Positions 1-9,682 are shown, counted from the stretch's first letter. The stretch: 64,000 nucleotides of DNA from an uncultured Coriobacteriaceae bacterium (GCA_902772435.1 CACYAX010000001.1:4987-68986); one strand, 5' to 3'. The notes: generated from the letters alone by a model not told the origin. Numbers and translations: made by a program.

Positions 1-41
1 ACCAGCAGCGTGGCGGCCAGCGGCCGTACGGGCAGCGTGAC

Positions 42-917
42 ATGGTCCGCGGTCGTGGTGGCGCCGGTGCGGGGGAGCGCAGGGGCCAGGGTGCCCGCCG
101 TGGCGCCTCCGCGAACGGCTCGCTCATCGAGGGCCGTCGTGCAGCCGCCGAGGCGCTCGACACGGGCCTGCCCATCCGCCGCGCCTTCGTGCAGAAGGCC
201 CAAAACGAGGCCGACCCCACGCTCGAGCGCCTGGTGGAACGCCTGCTCGAGCTGGGCATCGAGCCCGAGCGCCTGCCCAAGGCGCGCCTCGACGAGATGT
301 CGAGCCACGGCGCGCACCAGGGCATCGTGCTCGAGACGCGCCCCTTCGAGTACGCCACGGTCCCCGACGTGATCGCGGCGGCGGGGGAGGGCGACGCGCT
401 CGTGGTGCTGCTCGACCACGTGACGGACGAGGGCAACTTCGGCGCCATCGTGCGCTCTGCCGAGGTGGTGGGTGCCGCGGGCGTGATCATCGCCAAGGCG
501 CGTGCGGCGAGCGTGGGCGTCGGTGCCTACAAGACCTCCGCCGGTGCCGTCATGCACCTGCCCATCGCGCAGGTCTCCAACCTGGCCACGGCCATCGAGG
601 AGCTCAAAGAGGCCGGCTTCTGGGTGTGTGGCGCGACCGAGCACGCCGAGCAGAGCGTGTGGGACGCGCCGCTCGGCGGCAGGCTCTGCATCGTGATGGG
701 TTCCGAGGGCGAGGGCATCTCGCGCCTCGTGCGCGAACGCTGTGACTTCGAGTGCCGCCTGCCCCAGCGCGGCCGCGTGGAGAGCCTCAACGTGGCGCAG
801 GCCACCACGGTGCTCTGCTACGAGTGGCTCCGCAGGCAGACGCTGGCCGAGGCGGCTGAGGCCGCGGTGCCGGAGGATGCGGGCTACGAGGCCTTCGACA
901 GCGGATGGGCCGACTAG
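42..917 (+). CDS. rlmB: TrmH/SpoU-family 23S rRNA 2'-O-methyltransferase, RlmB-like. The frame stays open to the window edge, so the true start may lie upstream.
   Basis: 291-aa ORF with SpoU motifs (GNFGAIVRSAE, VMGSEGEGIS, ESLNVAQA) and an RG-rich N-terminus. It is followed by a YacP-like gene, as in many Gram-positives. Confidence 0.8.
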   Translation: MVRGRGGAGAGERRGQGARRGASANGSLIEGRRAAAEALDTGLPIRRAFVQKAQNEADPTLERLVERLLELGIEPERLPKARLDEMSSHGAHQGIVLETRPFEYATVPDVIAAAGEGDALVVLLDHVTDEGNFGAIVRSAEVVGAAGVIIAKARAASVGVGAYKTSAGAVMHLPIAQVSNLATAIEELKEAGFWVCGATEHAEQSVWDAPLGGRLCIVMGSEGEGISRLVRERCDFECRLPQRGRVESLNVAQATTVLCYEWLRRQTLAEAAEAAVPEDAGYEAFDSGWAD

Positions 918-918
918 C

Positions 919-1497
919 ATGGCGCGCCGGCTGCCGCTTCTCGTGGTCGATGGCTACAACGTCATCCATGGCACGGCTCGCTACCAGGGGCTCATCGACG
1001 AGCACGCGGGCGCGGGCGCCATGGCGGACGTGGCCTTCCTGGAGCGCAACCCCTATGGCGACGACCCCTTCGAGCGGGCGCGCGAGGCGCTCGTGGCCGA
1101 CGTCGCGGCCTACGCGCAGGGCAGCCATGACCCCGTGATCGTGTTCGACGGCGCGGGCAACCTCTCCGACGAGCGGCCCAACTTCTCGCGCGCGGGCGTG
1201 CGCATCATCTTCTCCAACACGGGCGAGTCCGCGGACACGGTGATCGAGCGCCTCGTGAGCAAGGCACGCCGCGACAACCGCGACGTGCTGCTCGTGACCT
1301 CCGACAACACCATCCGCTTCACCGTGGGCGGCATCCCGGTGACGAGCATCTCCAGCCAGCTTCTGGCCACCGACATAGCCACCGTCTCGCACGAGGCGAG
1401 CGTGGCGCGCCAGGAGCGCAGCTACGGGCACATGACCGTGGAGAGCCGCGTCTCACCCGAGGTGCGCGAGAAGCTCTGGAAGATGCTGGGCCGCTAG
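919..1497 (+). CDS. NYN-domain YacP/Rae1-like ribonuclease
   Basis: ATG at 919 lies 2 nt after the rlmB stop. The N-terminus LLVVDGYNVIHG is typical of YacP/NYN proteins. 192 aa. The longer ORF from 742 overlaps rlmB and was rejected. Confidence 0.7.
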   Translation: MARRLPLLVVDGYNVIHGTARYQGLIDEHAGAGAMADVAFLERNPYGDDPFERAREALVADVAAYAQGSHDPVIVFDGAGNLSDERPNFSRAGVRIIFSNTGESADTVIERLVSKARRDNRDVLLVTSDNTIRFTVGGIPVTSISSQLLATDIATVSHEASVARQERSYGHMTVESRVSPEVREKLWKMLGR

Positions 1498-1615
1498 GCC
1501 GTGGGCGGCCGTCGCCCCGCGGGTGCGCGCCGGACGGCGAACGATGTCTGGGCAATTCGCTGATTGGGGCATTCGCGTGTGCTGCGGCCCGCGTCGTGCT
1601 ACTATGGTCATCCAT

Positions 1616-1690
1616 GCCAGTGTGGCTCAATGGTAGAGCACCGGCCTTGTAATCCGGTGGTTATGGGTTCGATTCCCATCACTGGCTCCA
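1616..1690 (+). tRNA. tRNA-Thr (anticodon TGT), CCA encoded
   Basis: Acceptor stem gccagtg/cactggc, T-arm atggg-ttcgatt-cccat, anticodon loop cTTGTAa. Folded by eye. Confidence 0.8.
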
Positions 1691-1700
1691 TGCAACGCAA

Positions 1701-1733
1701 AGGCCAGGCGGCTCGTCCGTCTGGCCTTCTTCA
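1701..1733 (+). terminator. Hairpin aggccag/ctggcct followed by a tcttc tract, downstream of tRNA-Thr
   Basis: 7-bp stem with a T-rich tail seen directly in the sequence. Confidence 0.35.
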
Positions 1734-1811
1734 TGCCGGGCGCATGCGCCCTCTCAATACGAGACCCGCCCGCCGCCCCGCATTCGCCGTGTCGTTCGTC
1801 ATATGTGGTAA

Positions 1812-1841
1812 TGGACGTGCCGCATACGGGTATCCTATAAT
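1812..1841 (+). promoter_or_regulatory. Candidate sigma-70-type promoter (TGGACG, 18 nt, TATAAT) upstream of the small peptide gene
   Basis: Perfect TATAAT at 1836-1841 with a weak -35. Confidence 0.3.
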
Positions 1842-1916
1842 TCATGTGGGACAAGCAGGCCTTGTTGCCGTACAAGTAGTTGACTCGTGCAGAAGGCCCG
1901 TGAGAAAGGAACACAC

Positions 1917-2120
1917 ATGGAGAACAACGAGTGGCTCGAAAGCCTGAGCGAAGAGGACCGCACTGCTCTTGAGGCCCTCACCACCGACGAAGAGGTCGCC
2001 GCCTATCTTGAGGAGCATTCCATCGAGCTCCCCGACGAGGCCCTCATGGAGGTTGCTGGTGGCGTCAACGTCGGTCGCGAGATCGGCAAGTGGGTTCGTA
2101 AGCTCCTCGGCTTCAAGTAA
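1917..2120 (+). CDS. 67-aa precursor peptide: Nif11-like acidic leader ending in a double-glycine cleavage motif (ELPDEALMEVAGG), then an 18-aa cationic core VNVGREIGKWVRKLLGFK
   Basis: ATG at 1917 preceded by gaaagga. The leader resembles N11P/GG-leader bacteriocin and pheromone precursors. The core has net charge about +4 and no Cys/Ser/Thr. Confidence 0.6.
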   Translation: MENNEWLESLSEEDRTALEALTTDEEVAAYLEEHSIELPDEALMEVAGGVNVGREIGKWVRKLLGFK

Positions 2121-2156
2121 CCAAGTAATCTAGTAGCATAGATACTCGGCATGCAA

Positions 2157-2183
2157 AGCTGCCCCGCGGCGCGGGGCAGCTTC
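2157..2183 (+). promoter_or_regulatory. Perfect 12-bp stem, 3-nt loop hairpin (aagctgccccgc ggc gcggggcagctt) between the peptide gene and the first membrane-protein gene, with no U-tract
   Basis: Read directly from the sequence. Its position is analogous to the partial terminators that follow bacteriocin structural genes. Confidence 0.5.
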
Positions 2184-2222
2184 ATGCCGTTAGATGCGTT
2201 CCTGGATACGAGAGGGGCTCCC

Positions 2223-3413
2223 GTGAAAAAGCCAAGTGAGGTCTGGAAGCAATTTCCCCTTCTGCTGAAGGTGCTCTCCATCATCTTTGCCGTCAACTTC
2301 ATCGTGACGCTGATCGTGCTCATCTTCTCGTCGCGCGACCTCGTCGAATACAGCGCAGCCAACCTCATCGACTGGCTGAACCTCGTGTTCGAGGCCATCG
2401 CCCTCTACATGTTCTGGTACAAGCTGAAGGTGGCCCGTCCCTTCGTGATGGGCTATTCGGCGTTCAACATCGTGGCCGGCACCATCGCCGAGGTCATGGC
2501 GGGCACCTTCGACCCCATCGTGCAGGCGTTCTCCATGGCCTTTGATGTCTTCCTCTTCGTGACGTTCTGGAAGTACCAGCCCTTCGTGGACTACTTCACC
2601 GAGGATCTCTCGTGGGAGGTCGAAGAGGCTGCGAGCGGCGACTACATCTCCAAGCGCTTCACCTGGCCGTGGGTCCGCAACTGCCTCATCTACTTCAGCG
2701 TGTTCTCGTTCGCGGGCCACTGGATGGAGATGGGCTTCTGCATGGCCATCAAGGCGGGCCTGGTCAAGGGCGAGTTCGACCCCTCCAACACCATGCTCTG
2801 GCGCGACTGGTTCTACCCCTTCCCGATGGAGGGCATGGCCGTCGTGCTCATCGCGCTTCTGCTGTACCCGCTGTGGGTGTGGCTCCGCAAGAAGCTGCCG
2901 CTCATTCCGGCGGCGCTCGTGAGCTTCGTGGTCAACGGCATCCTCTGCGTGTCCATCGAGTTCGTCTGCGGCCTCATGTGGAACGCCAACCTGCAGAACT
3001 GGGACTACTCCAACATGCCCTTCAACTTCATGGGCCAGGTCTGCCTGCAGAACGGCCTGGGCTTCGCGTTCGCCGCGAGCGTCATCGCGTGGGTCGTCTA
3101 CCCGCTGCTGGAGCGCCTGCTCAACCGTCTGCCCAAGTCGGTCATGAACGTGGCCTGCATCGTGTTCACGTCGCTCTTCCTCGTGGCGCAGACGCTCTAT
3201 CTCGTCGACACGCCGGTCGACTACCGCACCTCCATCGAGCAGCAGCTCGCCGAGGACGACGCCAACCCGGGCACGCTCACACCCGAGTACCGCAAGGAGC
3301 TCGAGGAGGACCTTGCCTACCTCGACTACCTTGACGAGTACAAGGCGGAGAACGCCGAGCGCATCGCGCGCGAGCGCGCCGAGGCCGCGGCGGCCGAGGG
3401 GAAGGGCGACTAG
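2223..3413 (+). CDS. Polytopic membrane protein with a C-terminal CmpB-like domain ('putative ABC-transporter type IV', DUF1113; Pfam PF06541 from memory) and an acidic coiled C-terminal tail
   Basis: Motifs FSFAGHWMEMG, DPSNTMLWRDWFYPFPMEG and WDYSNMPFNFMGQVCLQNGLGF. GTG at 2223 follows gagagggg. The ATG at 2151 lies inside the hairpin, so it was disfavoured. Confidence 0.65.
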   Translation: MKKPSEVWKQFPLLLKVLSIIFAVNFIVTLIVLIFSSRDLVEYSAANLIDWLNLVFEAIALYMFWYKLKVARPFVMGYSAFNIVAGTIAEVMAGTFDPIVQAFSMAFDVFLFVTFWKYQPFVDYFTEDLSWEVEEAASGDYISKRFTWPWVRNCLIYFSVFSFAGHWMEMGFCMAIKAGLVKGEFDPSNTMLWRDWFYPFPMEGMAVVLIALLLYPLWVWLRKKLPLIPAALVSFVVNGILCVSIEFVCGLMWNANLQNWDYSNMPFNFMGQVCLQNGLGFAFAASVIAWVVYPLLERLLNRLPKSVMNVACIVFTSLFLVAQTLYLVDTPVDYRTSIEQQLAEDDANPGTLTPEYRKELEEDLAYLDYLDEYKAENAERIARERAEAAAAEGKGD

Positions 3414-3437
3414 GCGCTTCACCTGCGTGCACGTCCT

Positions 3438-3470
3438 GCGCCGGGGCCTTCGGGTCCCGGCGCTTTTTTT
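3438..3470 (+). terminator. Rho-independent terminator (gcgccggg..cccggcgc plus T7)
   Basis: GC-rich stem followed by ttttttt. Confidence 0.7.
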
Positions 3471-3605
3471 GCGGGAGCGCCGCTTGAGTGTGCCGTTTCG
3501 TGTGCGGGGTATGGTTCGTGCGCGGGCGAGCGAATGTGCTGGGACAGGGGATGGACAGACTCGTATGCGTAAGGGATACGGTCCATTCCGACGGTTAGGC
3601 ACCCT

Positions 3606-4652
3606 ATGAAAAAATGGCTCACACCAAAGGTCAAACTACGAATATGCGGGGCGTACTTCGGGCTCTACCTGATACTCTCCTTCGCCTACGCGGCACTCTG
3701 CCCGCCGGCAGAATTCACCTACGATCTTTCGCTCTTCCGAGCCGTCCTGATCGCGGCGTGCGCGGCGCATGCGCTGTTCGTGCTGGTGCGGAAACGTATC
3801 GACGCGCGGATCACCTCGCTGGTGACGCTCGTCTTGTGCGTGGGACTCTCAGCCATCGACCTCTTCGGTTTGGGGGCGTTGTCTGACGCTGCGGTGGTCG
3901 TGGGCATGCCGGCGGTGGCGATCGTCACGTTCCTCGAATACGCGGGGGCCATCGTGGTGGCGCTGATCTTAGGCTTTGACAAGGAGACGTACGGGCTGCT
4001 CGACGTGCCCGTGAACCTCGAGCCGGCCTACGACGGCGGCCACAGCTGGGACGAGCCCATGAGCAAACGCGTCCGCACCTGGGAGTTCTGGCGCGACCTG
4101 ATCATGTACTTCATCGTGTTCTCGTTCATCGGGCACTGGGCGGAGATCCTGTTCTGCAGGCTCATCCTCGCGGGCGTCTTCATGGGCGGCTACGACCCCA
4201 CCAACGCGATGCTCTGGGACCAGTGGCTCTTCCCGTTCTCCGCGGAGGGCACGGCGCTGGCGGCCGTGGTGGTGTTTTTGCACCCCATCGCCACGAAGCT
4301 GCAGAATCGCTACGGGCAGCACTCGATTCGCGCCGTGCTGCTGAGCTTCCTTGCCAACTTCGTGGTCTGCACGTCAATCGACTTCGGCACGGGCATGGTG
4401 GCCAACCAGCACTACGAGCTCTGGGACTACCGCGACATGCCGTTCAACTTCATGGGGCAGGTCTGCCTGCAGAACTCGATGGTCTACTCCATCGCGGCGA
4501 CGCTCGTGGTCTGGGGGCTCTATCCGCTGATGGACAAGGGGCTGCGCAAGCTGCCCAAGGACGCGGCTGACGGCCTGTTCTGGGGACTCGTGGGTATCTA
4601 CGGGTTCCTGGCGCTGCTGCACTTCGTGGATCCGTCGATGGCGGTGGCGTAG
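3606..4652 (+). CDS. Paralogous CmpB-like (DUF1113) polytopic membrane protein
   Basis: Shares FSFIGHWAEI, DPTNAMLWDQWLFPFSAEG and WDYRDMPFNFMGQVCLQNSMVY with the 2223-3413 product. The N-terminal TM region is different. Confidence 0.7.
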   Translation: MKKWLTPKVKLRICGAYFGLYLILSFAYAALCPPAEFTYDLSLFRAVLIAACAAHALFVLVRKRIDARITSLVTLVLCVGLSAIDLFGLGALSDAAVVVGMPAVAIVTFLEYAGAIVVALILGFDKETYGLLDVPVNLEPAYDGGHSWDEPMSKRVRTWEFWRDLIMYFIVFSFIGHWAEILFCRLILAGVFMGGYDPTNAMLWDQWLFPFSAEGTALAAVVVFLHPIATKLQNRYGQHSIRAVLLSFLANFVVCTSIDFGTGMVANQHYELWDYRDMPFNFMGQVCLQNSMVYSIAATLVVWGLYPLMDKGLRKLPKDAADGLFWGLVGIYGFLALLHFVDPSMAVA

Positions 4653-4903
4653 CGCGACTGGACGGGGTAACGTCGGGGCGCCCTCGGCTGCATGCGGCAA
4701 GCGGGGGTGCCTCGCGCTGTTTCGGGGTGCCTGGCGCAGCGGTTTTGTGTGCGGGGCCGATGCGAACGGCGGGAGGCCCGCCGAACGCAGCAGTTCCAAC
4801 CCCTCGTCAGCCGCATTTGGCACGGCCGGGCCACGCTCGTGGTGACGCACGCGGCTCCCAAGCGCTACGATGACAAGAGCATCATCCGGCGGAAGGGGAG
4901 ACG

Positions 4904-6733
4904 ATGCACCTCATCGACGCATTCAAGATGTACGGTCGTTCATGGCGGCAGTGGCTCGGCTTCGAGCTCATCTACCGCCTCGTGAGCACGGCGCTCGGCC
5001 TGCCGTTGCTCAAGCTTGCGATCGACACGGCAATGAAGCTGACGGGCTATGCCTACCTCACCTTCGAGAACATAACGGCGTTCTTGCTGACGCCCGTGTG
5101 CATCATCTTCGCCCTGATCGGCTTCCTTGTGCTCGCCTACACCATGGTCATCGAGGTCGCGGGCCTCCACTACATCCTCGACCTCGCCGACCAGGGCATC
5201 CGCCCGCACCTGCGCGACGCCTTCCGCTACGGCTTCATGCGCGCGAACCGTTCCTTCAGGCTGCGCAACATCCTCGCGGTGCCCTACACGCAGATCGTGG
5301 TGCCCTTCCTCGGCCTCGGCGTGACGGCGGGCCTCGTGCAGTCCCTCAACCTCCCCGAGTACATGTACGAGTTCTCCAACATGAACGTCCACGACTTCAT
5401 CCAGTTCACGGTGCTGCCGCTCGTGGGCGCCCTCGCCCTCGTGCCCTTCCTCTTCGCCATCATCTACTTCGTGGCGGACGACATCTCCTTCTTCGAGGCG
5501 GGCCGCAGGAGCTGGAAGGCAAGTTGGAAGCACTACTTCGGCAACCTCGTGGGCTCGGTGTTCGGCGAGCTCGTGGCCTACTTCGTCATCGGCCTCGTGA
5601 TGGTGGTCGCCGCCGTGGTCCTGGCGCGCATCAGCAGCCTGTTCCTGCCGCGCGACCTCTACGAGAACGTCGTCGGGCCGGGCATCTCGGTCTTCGCGGG
5701 CATCTTTGCCAACTTCTTCCTCGTGACGCCGATCTCCTACGCGATCCTGCTCGCGCTGCTGCGCCGTCGCACGGACGCGCCCCAGCCCTCGCGCGTGACG
5801 GAGATGGCGCCCTCGCGCATGCCGGCATGGGCCATGCCCGCGCTCATCGCGGCTACCTGCGCCGTGTCGCTGATCGGTGGGGCGTACTTCATCCAGCTCA
5901 ACTTCCTAGGGACGGGAGCCTCCACGAAGGTGGAGGGCCAGGACCTCGCGCGCCACATCGACGTGACGGCTCATCGTGGCGGCAGCTACGGGGCGCCCGA
6001 GAACACGATGGCCGCCATGGAGCAGGCCAAGATCGACGGTGCCGACATCTGCGAGATTGACGTGCAGATGAGCAAGGACGGCCAGATCTTCGTGAGCCAT
6101 GACACCAACTTCCTGCGCGTGTCGCGCGTGGACAAGAACGCCTGGGAGCTCACCTACGACGAGATCCTCGAGCTTGACGCGCGCGCCCAGTACTGGGTCG
6201 ACCGGGGCTACGAGATGCAGCGCTATCCGCTGCTCGACGAGGTCATCACCTGGGCGGAGGAGTCCGACATGCTCCTCAACATCGAGCTCAAGCCCACGGG
6301 CCATGAGACCGACTTCGAGAAGGCCGTGGCAGACATCGTGAACGCGCACGACTTCGGCAGCCGCTGCATCGTGACCTCGCAGATGTACGACACCGTGGCC
6401 CGCATGAAGGACTACGCGCCCGAGGCCACCTGCACCTACGTGACCAAGCTGGCCTACGGCGACGTGTGCCAGCTCGAGGCGGCGGACGCCTTCTCCATCG
6501 AGGCGCTGAACGCCACGCCCATGTTCGTGTCGTACCTGCACGCCCACAACAAGACGGTGCTCTGCTGGCTGGTCAACAGCGAGACGACCATCCGCAACGT
6601 GGTGGGCAACGGCGTGGACAACGTGATCACCGACGACGTGCCGCTCGCGCGCAGCGTGGTGGACTCGGTGAACGAGCAGACGCCGGCAGAGCGCATGATC
6701 ACCCGCATCGCCTCCATCTTCGGCGTGCAGTGA
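4904..6733 (+). CDS. Membrane-anchored glycerophosphodiester phosphodiesterase: N-terminal multi-TM domain plus a C-terminal GDPD catalytic domain
   Basis: 609 aa. GDPD signature AHRGGSYGAPENTMAAMEQAKIDGADICEIDVQMSKDGQIFVSHD. RBS ggaaggggag. Confidence 0.85.
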   Translation: MHLIDAFKMYGRSWRQWLGFELIYRLVSTALGLPLLKLAIDTAMKLTGYAYLTFENITAFLLTPVCIIFALIGFLVLAYTMVIEVAGLHYILDLADQGIRPHLRDAFRYGFMRANRSFRLRNILAVPYTQIVVPFLGLGVTAGLVQSLNLPEYMYEFSNMNVHDFIQFTVLPLVGALALVPFLFAIIYFVADDISFFEAGRRSWKASWKHYFGNLVGSVFGELVAYFVIGLVMVVAAVVLARISSLFLPRDLYENVVGPGISVFAGIFANFFLVTPISYAILLALLRRRTDAPQPSRVTEMAPSRMPAWAMPALIAATCAVSLIGGAYFIQLNFLGTGASTKVEGQDLARHIDVTAHRGGSYGAPENTMAAMEQAKIDGADICEIDVQMSKDGQIFVSHDTNFLRVSRVDKNAWELTYDEILELDARAQYWVDRGYEMQRYPLLDEVITWAEESDMLLNIELKPTGHETDFEKAVADIVNAHDFGSRCIVTSQMYDTVARMKDYAPEATCTYVTKLAYGDVCQLEAADAFSIEALNATPMFVSYLHAHNKTVLCWLVNSETTIRNVVGNGVDNVITDDVPLARSVVDSVNEQTPAERMITRIASIFGVQ

Positions 6734-6780
6734 CGGTCGGTTGGCATAGGGGTACCCAAGGCGGCAGAGGGGAGATCAGC

Positions 6781-7332
6781 ATGAATGACCCGTTCGAGAC
6801 CGACGTGGCGCGCGATGACCAGCTGGTGCTGGTGGACGCGCTCGACCGCGAGCTGGGCACGGCCTCGAAGGAGCGCGCCCATCGCGAGGGGCTGCTGCAT
6901 CGGGCGTTCTCCGTGGTGCTCACGCGTGAGGACGCTGCGGGACCTGAGCTGCTGCTGGCGCGCCGCGCGCCCGGCAAGTACCATTCGGCGGGGCTCTGGG
7001 CAAACTCCTGCTGCTCGCATCCGAGGGCAGGGGAGCGACTTGAGGACGCCGTGCCGCGCCGCCTGCGCGAGGAGCTCGGCTGCGGTGCGCGTGGCCTGCG
7101 CGAGATAGGCTCGTTTGTGTATCGCACCGACTTTGGCGGGCTCTACGAGTTCGAGTTCGACCACGTGTTTTTGGGCGAGGTGGAGGGCACGCCGGAGCCC
7201 GAGCCCTCGGAGGTGGACGCCCTGCGCTGGGTGGACGCGGAGACGCTTGCCCAAGAGATCGCTGCTCAGCCGCAGCGTTTCGCCTCGTGGGCCCTCACCG
7301 TGCTGCCCATGGCCCTCGCCTCCCTGTGCTGA
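6781..7332 (+). CDS. idi: Isopentenyl-diphosphate delta-isomerase, type 1 (Nudix fold)
   Basis: MNDPF... with HRAFSVVL, GKYHSAGLWANSCCSHP and EFEFDHVF motifs. The ATG at 6781 follows ggggag. Confidence 0.8.
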   Translation: MNDPFETDVARDDQLVLVDALDRELGTASKERAHREGLLHRAFSVVLTREDAAGPELLLARRAPGKYHSAGLWANSCCSHPRAGERLEDAVPRRLREELGCGARGLREIGSFVYRTDFGGLYEFEFDHVFLGEVEGTPEPEPSEVDALRWVDAETLAQEIAAQPQRFASWALTVLPMALASLC

Positions 7333-7431
7333 CTGGCACAAAGAACCGACGGATGTATGCACCAGACGTGGACAAAAGGGAGTATCCCCAACGTCCACTG
7401 GCACACAGGACCGACGGATGTATGCACCAGA
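7333..7431. repeat. Two imperfect 34-bp direct repeats (CTGGCACA.AG.ACCGACGGATGTATGCACCAGA) at 7333-7366 and 7398-7431, 65 bp apart
   Basis: Aligned by eye. The 22-nt core ACCGACGGATGTATGCACCAGA is identical in both copies. Confidence 0.7.
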
Positions 7432-7506
7432 GCTGAAGCGCAGCCAGAAATGTGACCCGATTGTGCAGCTTTCATGGTATAGATACGCCCGGCTGGGTGG
7501 ATTACA

Positions 7507-7535
7507 TTGACAAGATTTTGCCGTCGGCGTATATT
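7507..7535 (+). promoter_or_regulatory. Near-consensus sigma-70 promoter (TTGACA, 17 nt, TATATT) with a GC-rich discriminator, upstream of the tRNA-Tyr/Thr/Met-tuf cluster
   Basis: Hexamers and spacing read directly from the sequence. Confidence 0.55.
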
Positions 7536-7584
7536 CTTCCCGCTTGTGAGGAGCACGACGCTCGCAGGTGCTTGAAAACGGAAT

Positions 7585-7668
7585 GGGGATGTGGCACAGC
7601 GGCAACTGCGGCGGACTGTAAATCCGCTCTCTCTGAGTTCCCTGGTTCGAGTCCAGGCATCCCCACCA
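7585..7668 (+). tRNA. tRNA-Tyr (anticodon GTA) with a long variable arm, CCA encoded
   Basis: Acceptor ggggatg/catcccc, anticodon loop cTGTAaa, T-arm ctgg-ttcgagt-ccag. Confidence 0.85.
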
Positions 7669-7673
7669 TTCCC

Positions 7674-7749
7674 GCCCGTGTAGCTCAGTCGGTAGAGCAC
7701 CTCGTTGGTAACGAGGAGGCCACCAGTTCAAGTCTGGTCGCGGGCTCCA
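7674..7749 (+). tRNA. tRNA-Thr (anticodon GGT), CCA encoded
   Basis: Acceptor gcccgtg/cgcgggc, anticodon stem-loop cctcg-ttGGTaa-cgagg. Confidence 0.85.
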
Positions 7750-7769
7750 TTTCAAGCAGTACGTCCCAT

Positions 7770-7846
7770 GGCGGTGTAGCTCAGTTGGTTAGAGCGCACG
7801 GTTCATACCCGTGTTGTCACTGGTTCGAGTCCAGTCACCGCTACCA
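7770..7846 (+). tRNA. tRNA-Met (anticodon CAT), elongator type, CCA encoded
   Basis: Acceptor ggcggtg/caccgct, anticodon stem-loop cacgg-ttCATac-ccgtg. It lacks the initiator GGG/CCC anticodon stem. Confidence 0.8.
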
Positions 7847-7928
7847 GCGTTCAAACGGCACCCACTGGGTGCCGTGAACATAAATAGAGGCTAAACGGCC
7901 GTGAAGGTTGTTTCAAAAGGAGGATGGC

Positions 7929-9157
<1,229 letters not shown>

Positions 9158-9186
9158 TACCTATCCCTCGATACGTTCGTGCCCAG

Positions 9187-9216
9187 AGCCCGGCACTTCG
9201 GTGCCGGGCTTTTTTC
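9187..9216 (+). terminator. Rho-independent terminator after tuf (agcccggcac ttcg gtgccgggct plus T-run)
   Basis: 10-bp stem, tetraloop, tttttt. Confidence 0.8.
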
Positions 9217-9398
9217 TGCGACGGAAGCTGGCACCTCAGCGGGAGTCGGGGAGCACCTTTCCCGAGTTCCGTGATCCCAGGCAGTGCGCGGCCATCGCGC
9301 TCCGTTTGGGATCGTCAGCGGGGCATCAAGATTGCACTTGTGAATGCGATGTGGAGTCTTGACGCTTACCCAGCAGTGGTGCTAGTCTTTTCCATTGC

Positions 9399-9421
9399 GT
9401 CACCTTCGCGACGAAGGTGAC
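9399..9421 (+). promoter_or_regulatory. Perfect 10-bp stem, 3-nt loop hairpin (gtcaccttcg cga cgaaggtgac) just 5' of the rpmG RBS
   Basis: Read directly from the sequence. Function unknown. Confidence 0.4.
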
Positions 9422-9441
9422 GGCTATGTACAGGAGGAGTC

Positions 9442-9591
9442 ATGCGTACAATGGTTACTCTCGCTTGCCAGGAGTGCAAGCGTCGTAATTACACGACGGA
9501 CAAGAACAAGGCAAACAACCCTGATCGTATTGAGTTGAAGAAATATTGCCCGTGGTGCAAGAAGCATACCGTTCACAGGGAGACCCGCTAA
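9442..9591 (+). CDS. rpmG: 50S ribosomal protein L33 (49 aa; too short for the ORF track)
   Basis: Manual translation gives [52 protein letters not shown] caggaggag. CxxC...CxxC zinc ribbon. Confidence 0.9.
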   Translation: MRTMVTLACQECKRRNYTTDKNKANNPDRIELKKYCPWCKKHTVHRETR

Positions 9592-9606
9592 AATAGGGTC
9601 ATACAC

Positions 9607-9682
9607 ACGCCGGTAGTTCAATTGGTAGAGCAGCGGTCTCCAAAACCGCCTGTTGAGGGTTCGAGTCCTTCCCGGCGTGCCA
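9607..9682 (+). tRNA. tRNA-Trp (anticodon CCA), CCA end encoded
   Basis: Acceptor acgccgg/ccggcgt, anticodon loop ctCCAaa. Classic position between rpmG and secE. Confidence 0.85.

Noticed and set aside
10-372. 120-aa ORF overlapping the rlmB 5' region in another frame
   Set aside because: Its composition is Arg/Pro/Ser/Ala-rich junk. The rlmB frame carries the conserved SpoU motifs.
1887-1916. GTG start at 1887 giving a 77-aa version of the leader peptide
   Set aside because: The ATG at 1917 is preceded by gaaagga at ideal spacing. The extra MQKAREKGTH residues overlap that RBS.
6454-7755. 433-aa minus-strand ORF spanning the end of the GDPD gene, idi, an intergenic region and three tRNA genes
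   Set aside because: It runs through tRNA genes and a promoter and has no recognisable domains. It is a GC-shadow ORF.
9424-9621. 65-aa minus-strand ORF, the only ORF-track call in this interval
   Set aside because: The plus strand here encodes a textbook 49-aa L33 (rpmG, below the track's size cut-off) and the 5' end of tRNA-Trp.
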